A DNA stretch of 64,000 nucleotides from Chlorokybus atmophyticus (Eukaryota > Plantae > Mesostigma and Chlorokybus algae): positions 186,001 through 250,000 of the forward strand of contig RHPI01001327.1 of assembly GCA_009103225.1 (NCBI GenBank). Direction: 5' to 3'. The notes beneath the pieces were generated by a model. The model was not told the DNA's origin. It did no database searches and saw nothing but the letters and a program-made list of their open reading frames with translations. Both the position numbers and the translations under genes were made by a program. The number at the start of each line of letters is the position of its first letter. Positions within the stretch are counted from its first letter, which is position 1. Shown piece after piece: positions 30,329-43,700 of this stretch.

Positions 30329-32658
30329 ATGGCATGGCGGGGCGGAGGGCGAGGTGGAAGGGGGAGGGGGAGGGGCCGGGGCGGGCCCATGATTGTTGCC
30401 CGCGACGACGACGGCAGCATCCTGCCGTTCGCCAAGCAGGACGGTCCGCCGCCCCTGTTCCCGGTAACACATGCTACATGCACTCAGAACCCCTAAGCCT
30501 GAAAGTTCACAGAGCACATAGTTCAAGTTGAAGTTGCAGTATATTTTAGACATTGTCCTAAGTCATTGACTTAGGACAATGTCTAAAAAGTTGGACGTGC
30601 GCAATAGCCGTCGTTGCATGCAAATCCACAAACGCACGCGTACAGGTACAGAGTAACCTTTTACACACATGTCACATGCACGTTGTCCCTGGCCACAATG
30701 TGCATGCATTGACTACTTGAAGTTTACTAGTTACAAGCACATGCATACCACTACCAACACGCTGGTATGCACGCATGCTTCACATATAGTTCGCCCAAAA
30801 CGTGCATGCAGGCTTACACACGAAAACGATTACACACAAGCACACACAAACCCACACACGCACGTGTGTGTGCACGCGCGCATGCATACACACAAAAAGG
30901 TGAACTGTTGTCCTTGCAACAGCCGGTTGAGCTTCCGCCCATCCCAGAGGTGTCGGCTGAAGAAGAGAAGCTGCTTGCAAAGCGGCGGGCGCTGATGTCC
31001 GCCTGGCGCCACTCCCCTTACTACCTCCAGACTCCCAAAGTCAAGGCGGGTGGGTGCGCAAACAATTAAACGGTGTTTCATGTGCGTTGCATGTTAGCTG
31101 ACTTATAATCTTATGCACTGCGCATATGCGCATACACGCATGTGTGCATGGGCACGAACACCCGTGCGCATTTGCTTTATACTACGTTATATGCGTTGTG
31201 TTGTGCATGCATGCGCACGTGTATCTTGTTCACTGCCGTTCTTTGTTTCTCATGTTCACAGTGACTTGTGTTGCACAGTTGGTGTTGCGGCGGATATCGA
31301 GCGCTATAGCGACCGTTATCGAGCCCATCCCGATGCAAAGCGTGTGCAGCTGTCCGCTGTGATGCTTCTTGACGCCGCACACTTCCCCGCAGAACTGCTG
31401 ACAGGTTTGTTTGTGTGTACTGCTGTTGTATGTTGACAGGTTTGTAAGAACATGAACAACAAATCATCAACACCTGTGCTTACTGTCTGGACTCACACAC
31501 ATAACATCTCATGGGGAGAATTTCACACACACGTATACACATTTGCTAGGTGCAAAGCAGGCTACTGTGAAAGACACTTCTGCAATCTGGCGGGCGGGAA
31601 TATCTGAGACGCAAGGTGAGGTTTGAGTTTGAGTATGTGTTTTATATCTTTGTGCCATTTCTGCCCTGTTTTGCAGAAAGTGTGCTGCCGGCTGTGATTC
31701 ATTTTGGCTGTGGAGGCAAGCATTGCATGCAGGCGTTGTGTTGATATGTGCACATCTGTGTTCTTACAGAAATGCAAAGGCTGGAAAGGCTTGCAAGGCT
31801 TGAAGCTAAGCTTGAGAAAGAAGGAGGGGAGCGCAAGCCGGTATGTCATCTGTTGACGGCCACGGTTGCACAGTTGTTATACAACACCATCATGATGCAG
31901 CCTTTGACAACACAAAAAGCAATGATGTAACATGCATAACAGCGTAACACTGGAACAGTGTAACAACACGTATGTGTTATGCGTATGAATTAAGCATAGC
32001 TGTGGTGCTGAGTTTGTGCACCCTTTTGTTCAGTCATTAGCGCTCTTGTGCGTAAGTTTATTGCGTTGTTTGAGCTGTATCACAACATTGTCTTTTGCTC
32101 TGGTGCAAAGAAGCGAGAAAAGTACACGTGCATGGCAGGAGGAAGGCAAGGACAAAGAGAAAGAAGGTGGCGAAGGAGATGATGATGATGAGGCTGTGGT
32201 CGAGGAGGAGGAGGACTTTGGTGATGATGACTATGCTCAGGTGCTGATGTTTGTGTATATACATTTAGATGCCCTCTTGTCAGTTGGGAACCGCACACAG
32301 CATCCAGCATACACATACTCGAGTGTCTTTGGATGGCATCGGCACTGATATGTCACATATGACAATGCAGATATACGGCTATGACGATGATGATGAGTAC
32401 CCCGAGAATGACTTTGGAGGCGAGGACGGTATGTTGCGCATGTCAAGTTGCTGTTGTGATTGATGTCGTGCCATTGGTTGGTTCTTGCATGCCCCCACCA
32501 ACTCCTTAAGTCGACAGTATGCTCATGTACTTTTCTGCCACAGCAGAAAACTCCCATTGCCAACATCCGTACTTTACATCCTGCAACTATGGCTTCAATT
32601 TTGTCCTAAACTAGTCTCGATGCAACTCGTTTGTTTTGCAGAGGGCCCCACATTCTGA
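30329..32658 (+). CDS. RPC7: RNA polymerase III subunit RPC7/C31-like, 8 exons
   Basis: RG-rich N-terminus, then PPPLFP / WRHSPYYL / DIERYSDRY / HFPAELL, and an acidic C-terminal tail (EEEEDFGDDDYAQ...DDEYPENDFGGEDEGPTF-TGA). Confidence 0.82.
30544..30588. repeat. Perfect palindrome, 22-bp arms with a 1-nt spacer, in RPC7 intron 1
   Basis: TTTTAGACATTGTCCTAAGTCA-T-TGACTTAGGACAATGTCTAAAA. Confidence 0.95.
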
Positions 32659-34862
32659 GTTGACAGAAAGGGTTATGAGGTGTCCTTGACGAAGTTATTT
32701 TTTGGCATCATGCATCCTTTAGCAGGCATCTGCTGGTAAGTGTTGACACATTTGTGCAAACCACAACATGACGCAAGTGGACCTTCTTTTCACTTTGCTG
32801 TAGGTGCTTGGTTGATACACGGCAAGGCAGGCCAGTGTATTTCCACAACTTTTTTGGCAGTTCCTCGCTGCCAGTCAGTTACAGATGGCACCACGACAGG
32901 AGAGCCCCGGGTCAAGATGTGCTGATTCAGAGACTGGATGTCCAACGAGCAAAGCCGGTTCATCATGCAATCATGGGATGCATGATACTACATGATGACA
33001 GTCGGCAATTATTTGCACACTACCTTATTGCTACGTGTGTACAGCTGTTGGGTGCGGTGTAATATATGTTACGTTCTTGTTTGGTGCCATCTAGCATTGC
33101 TTTTAGTTGCATTGCATCTGGCGGTTATGCGGCTGCGCTGATGGCACGTTATGTGTTGCAGTACACTCAAAGGAATACAAGGTATTCATGCGCAATGTAA
33201 ATGCGACCAGAAGTGTGCTCGCTGCAGGCGCATATTACACGTACAACAATAACACAGCACGTCCACTCGGCGACTAAGTTGACTGACGTTTTCACAACTT
33301 GCTCCTATGACGGCCTTGTCCGACGTGGCAGTGCTCTTGGCGCGAGGCCTACGCAGCTGATGCGCGCTAGCTTGCTAGCACTCATAGTTCAATTGTCATG
33401 TGCCTTCGCATTGTGTTTGCTTTGGGTTTGCGTCGTTGTTAGCGTTATGGCTTTGACAGTGGGACCTTGTGACCGTTTGACATAATACATATACATAGAG
33501 AGAGAGATTAGTGCATAAAAAAAAGAAATGTAAATCAACCACACGTGAAGGTCGGTTATATATACGGTCCGAATCCTGCCAGCATGGGTCATGGGTCGCT
33601 CATTGTAACTTATAGCTACGTTAATCAAGTGCATTATTACCTATAAAACTATCCCTTCTACTACTACTACTACTATTAATACCACTACTACCGTATGCAA
33701 TTGTTACACCATAGTATCAATGAACAATATCAGTCAAACCGTTATGACAGTGCTGAGAGTGGTACCACTCTGCTACAGCGATAATGCTGCGATTGTTGAT
33801 GTTTTGCGCAACCTAACGTGCCAAATATAGCTCGCTTGCTGTACAGAGCGCGCGCAGACACACGCGCTTCTCGGCTTCCACCTCAAAACGTGCATGTGCC
33901 TGTGCGTCGTCATCGCCGAGGCAGACAGGCACAGCAGGCGCCCTGCAGACGGCGGCGGCGGTGGCGGCGGCAGCGCAAAGCGACGACAGCGGTGGAGGAG
34001 GAGGAAGAACGGCTACACATTGCCAGCGCCGCCTTTAATCACATCCTCTGGGCCTGGGCTGCAAGCGCTGCTACCCGAGGCTCCCCGAGGCTGGACTGCC
34101 TGCTGCGGCGGCTGTGGATCAGCCCCCCTTCCACCTCAGCTCATCCAATAGCGGCAGGTAGACCTAGGCGCAGCAAGTCATTGTGCGTACTGCTTGCATC
34201 AAGGTCGAGAGTAGATGTCCGCCAGTGTCGCTGATGTGAGAGGCATTGATCATGTCGTTCGTGCATGTGTGTGGTCTGTGCATTCAGTGTACGTTCACAT
34301 GCTTACATCCTCCCATCAGTCATGTGCAGCAAGTTAAACACCGTTCTTTTGTTGCATGCAACTTACACAAACACATGAGCACGTACACACACGCAAAAGT
34401 GTCGGAAGTGTCACAGACAAAGAACTGGAGACTGGTTGAACTTGACCCCTCGCATCTTCCAATGTGTTGCAGGATTGGACTTTAGCTTCAACAACTAGCA
34501 GCTACAATAGCAGCAGGCTGAAAGTCTGCAGACCAAGCTGATCCGTGGTGAGTGACTTGCTTGCTTGGAGATTGTGGAGCAGGTTGTTGAATGCGAGCAC
34601 ATGATTCTGAAGCGCACAGCTAGCACAATGCGCCACAGCAGGGAATCGGTGCACTACAGCGACAGTTGAAGCCGTAGGTGGGCCAGAGCATTGGAGTCAC
34701 CTACCTCTTGGTTTCCGCTACTTTTTGTGATACCTACCGCAACGGCTGCTTTGCATACCTCAGTAATCAGCCCAGGACTGACTGATGGCAACATTTACGT
34801 TGTGCATTGCGTGCGTGACTGCTTGCGGTGCATCTGGTGATCATGCTAAGATCTCTGCGTCA

Positions 34863-37800
34863 ATGCCAATGCCGCGTGTACCACTGCTCCTACTAGGAGT
34901 TGGGAAAGAGAGAGTGCGCGTGATGGCAGCCACTGCTTCTGCGCGGCCAGGCCTCTTCCTCACCAGTGGTGACCTGCAAGCTTTTCTAGTTGACTTGCAT
35001 CCGAGATACGGAGAATACACGAATGCGCTATGGGAGGAAGGATATAAGAGTGTTCACAGCTTGAGCTTGGCTCCTGTGGACGAGCTTACGAGCTTGGGCA
35101 TCAGCAAGCCGGATGCCAGGGACATCACTGCAGCAGCCCACCTTGTATCGCGCTATCGGCTGCCTTCGCCTGTTAACAGTAAGTCACTCTTTGTTGACGA
35201 ACACTGTGCATGTGATTTGTAGCATCTCGAAGAGGTAGAGTTGCGCATGCGATAGGCAAGAGGTGACCACTCAGCTCATTGCCCGCAAACCATTAGTAAC
35301 TACTCAATGCATAGAGGGTACAAGTATTGTGGTCTGTTTGTGCCAGCTGTCAACACTGCCAAGTAGGATTCTTGTCGACAGAGTGATCAGTTTTACAGTT
35401 AACGAGTTAACATGCTTACTGGCCCTGTTTGCACCCATGCAATGACGCTTTGCATGCTTTGACATCTTGCGGTTGTATGCAGGATCGTTGATGTCCGTTA
35501 GTTCAGGCTGGGTGTACAGGCAGCTTGTGGAGGCGGACTTGGTGACAGTGCTTCCACACTTGCACTTCGGGGGCTCTGAGCAGCCTAGAGGTTTTGACCT
35601 CTCTGAGGTTAGGCGTGCCTTTGCACAGTTATGGCAATTGCGGCATGCCGGCTTTCTAACGCGCTCCGCGGTGCAAGATGAGCTCGTCGCAGCGCAAAGT
35701 CAGCCAGTTTATCAAGCGTTTGCAACTCTCATTGAAGACATCATGTCGGTGATCAATGAGAACAATGCGCGAGGGGAATGCGTGCTCAACAGGCAGAGCC
35801 GGCCTGATACAAGTTTGAATTTTGTTGCTCACGACGTCTTGTGGTCAAAACAGGTGCGCCACATCTTGTAGCCGGCTGTACTGAATGACACAAACTTACA
35901 AGCACTTTTGTATGTCACTAGTTTAAAAATGACAACCTGTTCAAGGACGTCGAGTTCATCCTTGAGTATAAGAAGTCCCTCAGCGAGCACGACGTGAAAT
36001 GGGGGTAAGTGCCTGAGCAAGCGGGGTGTCTAGACTGTTCAAGTACACTGTTACCGCTTGAGACACGGCATTCACGAGCCGCACATGCCTTTGCTTGCAG
36101 CCTTGCTCAAGCGCTTAAGGGCGTGTCGCGCAAGCGTACATCTACACAAGTAGCTGTGCAACCTCCCTTTCCCTTTGCCGTCTGCAGCAGCAGCCAGATT
36201 GTGACTGCGCTGGGCAAGTTCGAGGGCGAGACACCGCGCGTCGTTCGCTCACAGGTCATGCCACTGTTTGCTCAAGTGCTACCCGACGGTCGGTACTTGT
36301 TAGACGGCACGTCGTCGGGATACAAGGTGCGCATAGGATGCTGTTTACTGCATGGTGTATTCGGTTGTCGCCTGCACTTGCACTTACAGCATATGTGCAA
36401 CGTATCCAGGACTTGGTGTTCCTTTGCTACATAGCCGCCAAGGACGTCATGGAGGCTTGTGCAAGCGCCAAGGATGAAGACTTCTTTCATCCCGGTGCGT
36501 GATTGTGTATGAACAATCTGAACTTGTTAGTCATTGACTAGACTTTCTCCCCTTCAGGTCATGCTGTCACCTTGAAGTGTGGCGCTGGCGACAACATGTC
36601 CCTGGAGGTGGTTGGAGTGGCTGATAGACCCCGCGTGGCTGGCGGGGTCTACTTTGTGAAGGTTGCTGCATCAAGTACAGCCGCAGCGACCCACGTGCTC
36701 AAGATCGCTCCGCACCAAGAGTATCTGAACAGCCGCAAGCAGCTGTGCCTAGATGTTGGGCACTTGCAACAGGTCAACAGTTTTACTACCATCGTTGTCA
36801 ATGTACATTCTCTATAGCAACTCAACTAGAATGTTCTTACCCCCCTCCNCCCCCCCTTTGAGTCCAAACAACAAGCACGTTTAACGTTTGCACGCCTTTG
36901 TGCACACAGGTGCAGCGCGAGATTGCAGTGCTGCGACACATCGGCGCGCATGACATGGAGGGGTTGCCGCAATTTGTTGCAGCAGGCAGCCTCGTCAGCT
37001 GCAGTCAGGCGCCCCGCATGGAAGGTGCGGCCGCTGTGTTGACAACCAAGTTTGGCCAACCGCTTGTGACAGATGGCGGCAAGCTGCCCATCCTTGACAT
37101 GAAGGACTTGCAGCAACTTGCTGCTGACATCTTGGAGGTCCTGCTTTTCTTGCAGGTACAGTATCGCAAGTGGTGCTTTGTCTCCAGTCCGCATGGTTGG
37201 AGTGTGTGTGCACGTGTGCAAGCTTGCAGCGGAACACTTCACCCAGCCTCTCTTCCAGTCTAAATGCTTGTTACCCACTCGTGTGTTTTATGCTTTGAGT
37301 AGGGCAAGGGCGTGCAGCACAACGACCTATGCCCGGAGAACATCGCTGTCCGTGTGCGTGATGCTCGTGCCCGATATGGGCTCTTCGATTTTGGCGGTGC
37401 GACGTGCATGGCAGCAGAAGTAGAAGACGCACTCTTCGCGCGGTATCTATACAGCTCTTGGATGTGGATCTCGGTGGGGTTTACTGAGTATTATGGGGAT
37501 TGCGAGTCCCTAGTGTACACCCTGCTGGCTCTGTCTGGGCCCGTGCACACGCCTTTGCCCTGGGCGTATGCTGCGCAGCAACGCGACATCAAGAGCCTTC
37601 GCGAACTTCGTTGGGCCATGCTCACAGCTGGTACGGCTGGCAATGCCGTCATGCGCACGTGGCCCTCAGCGCTGCGCGCCTTCGCCGACGGGGTGTTTGC
37701 GAGCGCTGAGACATTGAAGCCGTTGGCCATGCTAGATTGGCTTTCAGCGTTGCAAGCTTCGCTCGCCTCCTATGATGCGTCCTTGAAGAGCATGCGGGTG

Positions 37801-37974
37801 GTTCCTGCAAGAGCCACCTCTGATGACGCATCCCTTGGTATGTGGAGTGGTTATGCTGTTGACTTGGAGTTCACGTTGAGAACAATGGCAACACACGTCT
37901 CCTTCGCGCAGCTGCCTAGGCACTACGAGGAGAATTGCACACGCTCTAGGCAGGTGGGCGGCACACAACAGTGA
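34863..37974 (+). CDS. SAM-like + restriction-endonuclease-like + protein kinase protein, copy 1 (about 8 exons)
   Basis: Exon 1 FLVDLHPRYGEYTNALWEEGY...LTSLGISKPDARDI (SAM-like). SRPDTSL...W / DVEFILEYK...GLAQ (PD-(D/E)xK-like). Kinase motifs HVLK, QREIAVL, HNDLCPEN, LFDFG, GDCESLVYTLL, LPW. The start may be 34863 or 34923. Confidence 0.8.
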
Positions 37975-39127
37975 AAGAGCCGCGAACCCTCTTGCCATTG
38001 CAGAGCAAGGCCTCATGGGGGTATTGCTGGCGGAGGTGGGTTGGATGGCGGCGGGGTTGGGGGCAACAGGGAAACTATAAGGCAGTACTCAACGCAAGGA
38101 GGCCCACTACGTGCGGCTCGAGGGGAAAGTTGCCAGCTGCAACGCCTCAACCGCTAGGTGAGCCAGAGGCGTGCGTGCAAGGCTGCGTTTGTGGATGTGA
38201 GGCTGCGTGTGCGTGCGTGCGCGCGTGCTTTTGTGCACTGTGTGCGAGGGCTTGCATGCGAGTGATGTGAGCAGAAGTCTTCAATCTGCATGTGCCCTGA
38301 TGTAGCGTCTTCCCAGGTTGGAGGTCATGCGAGCACTTCCAGCGACTGCATGATGGAGGAAGAGCTGTGCTTCGCTGATGGCAACCACGCCAACCGCTGC
38401 GCAGTGTGTGGCTGATTGTGTGTTCTTGTACAGTGATACTTCTGTGTGCATGTGCTTGTTGTGTAGCATACTCGTAATGCTTTGCTACAAGCTAGGTGCA
38501 GTGTGTAGTACGACAGACATGCCTCTTGTGTGTATTGTTCGTAGACAGGCACAACTTGTGCCTCTACTCTATTGGGTATCGATGTACGGATGTTGCAACA
38601 GCCATACAAGTCATGCACCACGCCAATGGTAACGAAGGAACCCCCTCAAGTTGCACAGCCAAACTGACTGCAAGCTTGGTGTGGCGTCCCATACACACCT
38701 CATCAGCAGCTCGGTTGCCACTGGTCTAGCGTCCCAGCATGGCGGACCTGAAGAGTATTAAAGCTGATAAGCAACTGGAGTGACACCATAATACCAATGA
38801 ACAATATCGATCAAAACGTTATGACAGTGCTGAGAAGTGGTACCACTCTGCCACAGCGATAATGCTGTGATTGTTGATGTACGTTTTGCGCAATCTAACA
38901 TGCTAAATTTAGCTCGCTTGTTGTACAGAGCGCGCAGACACACCTCAAACGTGCATGTGCCTATGCGTCGACGAGGCCGAGGCAGAGCAGGCGCCTGCAG
39001 ACGGCGGCGGCGGTGGAGGAGCCGGAACGGCTACGCCAGCGCCGTTTTTCATGATATCCTCTCGAGCCTGGGCTGCAAGCGCTGCTACCCCAGGCTAGAC
39101 TGCCTGCTGCTGCGGTGGCTGCAGATC

Positions 39128-39147
39128 CCCCCCCCCCCCCCCCCCCG

Positions 39148-39232
<85 letters not shown>

Positions 39233-39346
39233 NNNNNNNNNNNNNNNNNNNNNNNNNNNNNNNNNNNNNNNNNNNNNNNNNNNNNNNNNNNNNNNNNNNN
39301 NNNNNNNNNNNNNNNNNNNNNNGCAGACCCCCCCCCCCCCCCCCCC
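39128..39346. other. Long poly-C tract plus N gap
   Basis: About 100 C, then Ns (39233-39322), then C again. The homologous site in unit 1 (about 34123) has only a short C run. Confidence 0.9.
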
Positions 39347-40295
39347 GGTCATCCAACAGCAGCAGGTAGACCTAGACACAGCAAGCAATCCTGTATTGCT
39401 GGCAGCAAGGCAAGGTCTGGAGTGAGTCCGCCAGTGTCGCTGATGTCAGAGGTATTCATCAAGTCGCTCGTGCATATGTGTGGTCGGTGCGTTCAGTGTA
39501 TGTTCGCATGCTTACATCCTCCCACCAGTCACGTGTAGCAAAACACAGTTCTTTTTGTTGCATGCAACTCACACGAACACGTGCGCGCATGAGCACAGGC
39601 AAATTATGTTAGTTGTCTGTGTGTAAGCTTCTGACCATGCGTGACTCGCGCATAAGGTGAGTTGTACAACAGCCTGAGTCTGCACTGTTAAGCGTGGTTC
39701 ACTGAGCTGGACTTTTCTGTACTGCTGTGTGCAGATTGCCCTTGCAAACCTTGGCATGACATATAACTTTGGCGCAATTGCAGCCGAAGCCTTGCGCTCG
39801 CTTTTTCCAACACCTGGACGTGATGCGTTGCTGATGTGTTGAGCCAATCAGCCTATTAGGAGCAGCTCATTCTACAGGTGCCTGGTTGAAGCAGTCCCGT
39901 GTGTACGGCTGCCTCGCTGTTACTGTGGTGTTAGTTGGTTTGCAAGCCCTGAACCCTGCACTTAGTAGAGTTGTTCGCTTTTGCAGTCCCTCAGAGGACA
40001 AACTAGCCCAACATGGTTCAACCGGGGCGGAATAGCCGAGGGTTCGAGTAATGCTCAGCGCTCGACAAACGGTGCCACATCTAGTCGAGTAAGTCGCTGT
40101 TCAGCAGACCGACCGTGTTGTGTGTCAACATGGGCCACATAATATGTGGAGTACTTATTGAAGACATCAACTCTTGGACTGTGCTCATGTTGGTGTTGCT
40201 ACCTCTGACAGACAGAGAGCTCTGAAAGTGTTACAGACGAAGCAGTAGAGTTTGAGGCTTGAGCCCCCGCATCTTCCACTGTGTTGCAAGACTCA

Positions 40296-40365
40296 GTTTC
40301 AACAACTGGCGGCTTCTGTAGCAGGCCGACAGCCTGCTGCTACTGAGGCCGCCAGTTGTTGAAAC
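40296..40365. repeat. 70-nt fold-back hairpin upstream of kinase copy 2
   Basis: GTTTCAACAACTGGCGGC (40296-40313) pairs perfectly with GCCGCCAGTTGTTGAAAC (40348-40365). An inner stem AGCAGGC/GCCTGCT closes the loop CGACA. Confidence 0.9.
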
Positions 40366-40724
40366 CAGCAGACCAAGTTGATGTGTGGTGAGTGACTTGC
40401 TCGGAGATGGTGGAGCAGTTTGTTAAGTTGTGCGAGCACATGGTTCTCAGGCACACAGCTAGCTCACTGTGTGCGCCACAGCAGGGACTCCGTGTACCTC
40501 CAAGTCCAGGACCCAGTCCAAGAGGCAGTTCACACAGCCGTCAGTGGGCCAGAGCATTAGAGTCACCTACCTCTTGGTTACCGCTACTTTCTGTGAAACC
40601 TACCGCTGCTTTGCATACCCCCAGTAAGTTGCCCAGGACTAAATGATGGCAGGGTTATGTCGTGCATTGCATGCGCGATTGCTTGCGGTGCATCCGGTGA
40701 GCATGCTGAGCTCTCTGTGCTTCA

Positions 40725-43700
40725 ATGCCAATGCCACGTGTACCACTGCTCCTACTAGGCGGAGTGGGGAAAGAGAGAGTGCGCGTGATGGCAGCCGCTG
40801 CTTCTGCGCGGCCAGGCATCTTCGACACCATCGACGACCTGCGAGCCTTTGTAGAAAACCTGAATCCGAGATACGGCGCATACACGAATGCGCTGTGGGA
40901 AAAAGGGTATCAGAGTGTGGACGAGCTGAGCGTGGCTTCTGAGGACGCGCTTGTGAGCATGGGCATCCCAGATATTAAGGCCAAAACAATCCTTGCAGCA
41001 GCCCGGCATGTATCGCCCTTGCGGCCTTCACCTGTTACAAGTAAGTCAATCTACGTGGACAAACATTGTGCATGTGGTTCGTAGCATTTCTGAGAGGTAG
41101 AGTTGCGCATGCGGTAAGCAAGAGGTGACCACTCAGCTCACCGCCCGTAGACCATTGGTAACAACTCAAAGCTGTCTGTTTGTGCCAGCTGACCAGCTAA
41201 CTGTCGGCTGTGCCAAGACTTCTTGTCGATGCAATGATCAGTTTCATATTCCACGAGTTACTATGCCTACTGGCCCTGTTTGCACTCATGCAACGACACT
41301 TTGCATGCTTTTGGCGTTTGACATCCTGCGATTGTATGCAGGACAGTTTGTCTCTCACAGTCCAGGCTGGGTGTACGGACAGCTTGTGGCTGCGGACTTG
41401 GTGACAGTGCTCCCACACTTGCACGAGGGCTCTGAGCGGCCGGGCGGTATGGACATCTCCGAGGATAGGCGTGGCTTCAGAGACATCTGGCAATCTCGGC
41501 TTGCCTGCTTTCTATCAATCAAGGCGGCGTTCCCGGCGGTGCAACATGAGCGCTTCGCGGCGCAGAGTCAGCCCGTTAATGAAGCGCTTGCAACCTTGAT
41601 TCAAGACATCATGTCAGTGTTTCATGACAACAACAGTGCGCGAGGAGAGTTTAGGTGCAACAGGCGGAGCCGGACTAGTACCAGTTTGGACTTTGTCGCC
41701 AACGGCGTCTTGTGGGCAAAAAAGGTGCGCCACATCGCGTTGGCAACTGTATTGAACGACACAAACTAAAAAGCACTGGAATTGTGTGTCAGTTTCACAA
41801 TACCAACCTGTTCAAGGACGTCGAGTTCATCCTTGAGTATAAGAAGTCCCTCAGCGAGCACGACGTGAAATGGGGGTAAGTGCCTGAGCAAGCGGGGTGT
41901 CTAGACTGTTCAAGTACACTGTTACCGCTTGAGACACGGCAGTCACGAGCCGCACATGCCTTTGCTTGCAGCCTTGCTCAGGCGCTTAAGGGCGTGTCGC
42001 GCAAGCGTACATCTACACAAGTAGCTGTGCAACCTCCCTTTCCCTTTGCCGTCTGCAGCAGCAGCCAGATTGTGACTGCGCTGGGCAAGTTCGAGGGCGA
42101 GACACCGCGCGTCGTTCGCTCACAGGTCATGCCACTGTTTGCTCAAGTGCTACCCGACGGTCGGTACTTGTTAGACGGCACGTCGTCGGGATACAAGGTG
42201 CGTATAGAATGCTGTTTACTGCATGGTACAATCTGCTGTCATCTCCTTGTACTTACAACATCTGTGCAACGTATTCAGGACTTGGTGTTTGTTTGCTACA
42301 TTGCTGCAAAGGAAGCCATGGAGGCTAATGCAAGCGCCAAGGACGAAGACTTCTTTAAGCCAGGTGTGTGTTTGTGTAATGAGTGGTTTCAACTTGTTAG
42401 TCAATGACATGACTTTCTTTTGTTGCAGGGCATGCTGTCACCTTGAAGTGTGGTGCTAGCGATAACATGGCCCTGGAGGTGATTGAAGTCGCTGATAGAC
42501 CCCGCGTGGCTGGCGGGGTCTATTTCGTGAAGGTTGCGGCAGCAAGTACGGCTGTAGCGACTCACGTGCTCAAGATCGCTCCGCACCAAGAGTATTTGAA
42601 TGGTCGCGCGCAGCTGTGCCTGGGTGTTGGGCATTTGCAACAGGTAAACACTTTTGCTACTATTGTTGTTGATGCACATACTCTATATGAACTCAACTAT
42701 AGTGCTCTAGCGCCCCCNNNNNNNNNNNNNNNNNNNNNNNNNNNNNNNNNNNNNNNNNNNNNNNNNNNNNNNNNNNNNNNNNNNNNNNNNNNNNNNNNNN
42801 NNNNNNNNNNNNNNNNNNNNNNNNNNNNNNNNNNNNNNNNNNNNNNNNNNNNNNNNNNNNNNNNNNNNNNNNNNNNNNNNNNNNNNNNNNNNNNNNNNNN
42901 NNNNNNNNNNNNNNNNNNNNNNNNNNNNNNNNNNNNNNNNNNNNNNNNNNNNNNNNNNNNNNNNNNNNNNNNNNNNNNNNNNNNNNNNTTGTGAACACCT
43001 TTGTGCACACAGGTGCAGCGTGAGATTGCCGTGCTGGGGTACATCGGCGCGCATGGCATGGAGGGGTTGCCGCAACTTGTTGCAGCAGGCAGCCTCGTCA
43101 GCTGCAGTCAGGCGCCCCGCATGGAAGGTGCGGCCGCTGTGTTGACAACCAAGTTTGGCCAACCGCTCGTGACAGATGGCGGCCAGCTGCCCATCCTTGA
43201 CATGAAGGACTTGCAGCAACTTGCTGCTGACATCTTGGAGGTCCTGCTTTTCTTGCAGGTATAGTATCGCAAGTTGTGCTTTGTCTCCAGTCCGCATGTT
43301 TAGAGTGTGTGTGCACGTGTGCAAGCTTGCAGCAGAACACTTCACCCAACCTCTCTTCCGGTCTAAATCTTTGTTACCCAGTCGTGTGTTTCATACTTTG
43401 AGTAGGGCAAGGGCGTGCAGCACAACGACCTATGCCCGGAGAACATCGCTGTCCGTGTGCGTGATGGTCGTGCCCGATATGGGCTCTTCGATTTTGGTGG
43501 TGCGACGTGCATGGCAGCAGAAGTAGAAGACGCACTCTTCGCGCGGTATCTATACAGCTCTTGGATGTGGATCTCGGTGGGGTTTACTGAGTATTATGGG
43601 GATTGCGAGTCCCTAGTGTACACCCTGCTGGCTCTGTCTGGGCCCGTGCACACGCCTTTGCCCTGGGCGTATGCTGCGCAGCAACGCGACATCAAGAGCC

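Noticed and set aside
40010-40070. tRNA/SINE-like B-box (GGTTCGAG)
   Set aside because: No cloverleaf, no A-box at the proper spacing, and the B-box is incomplete.
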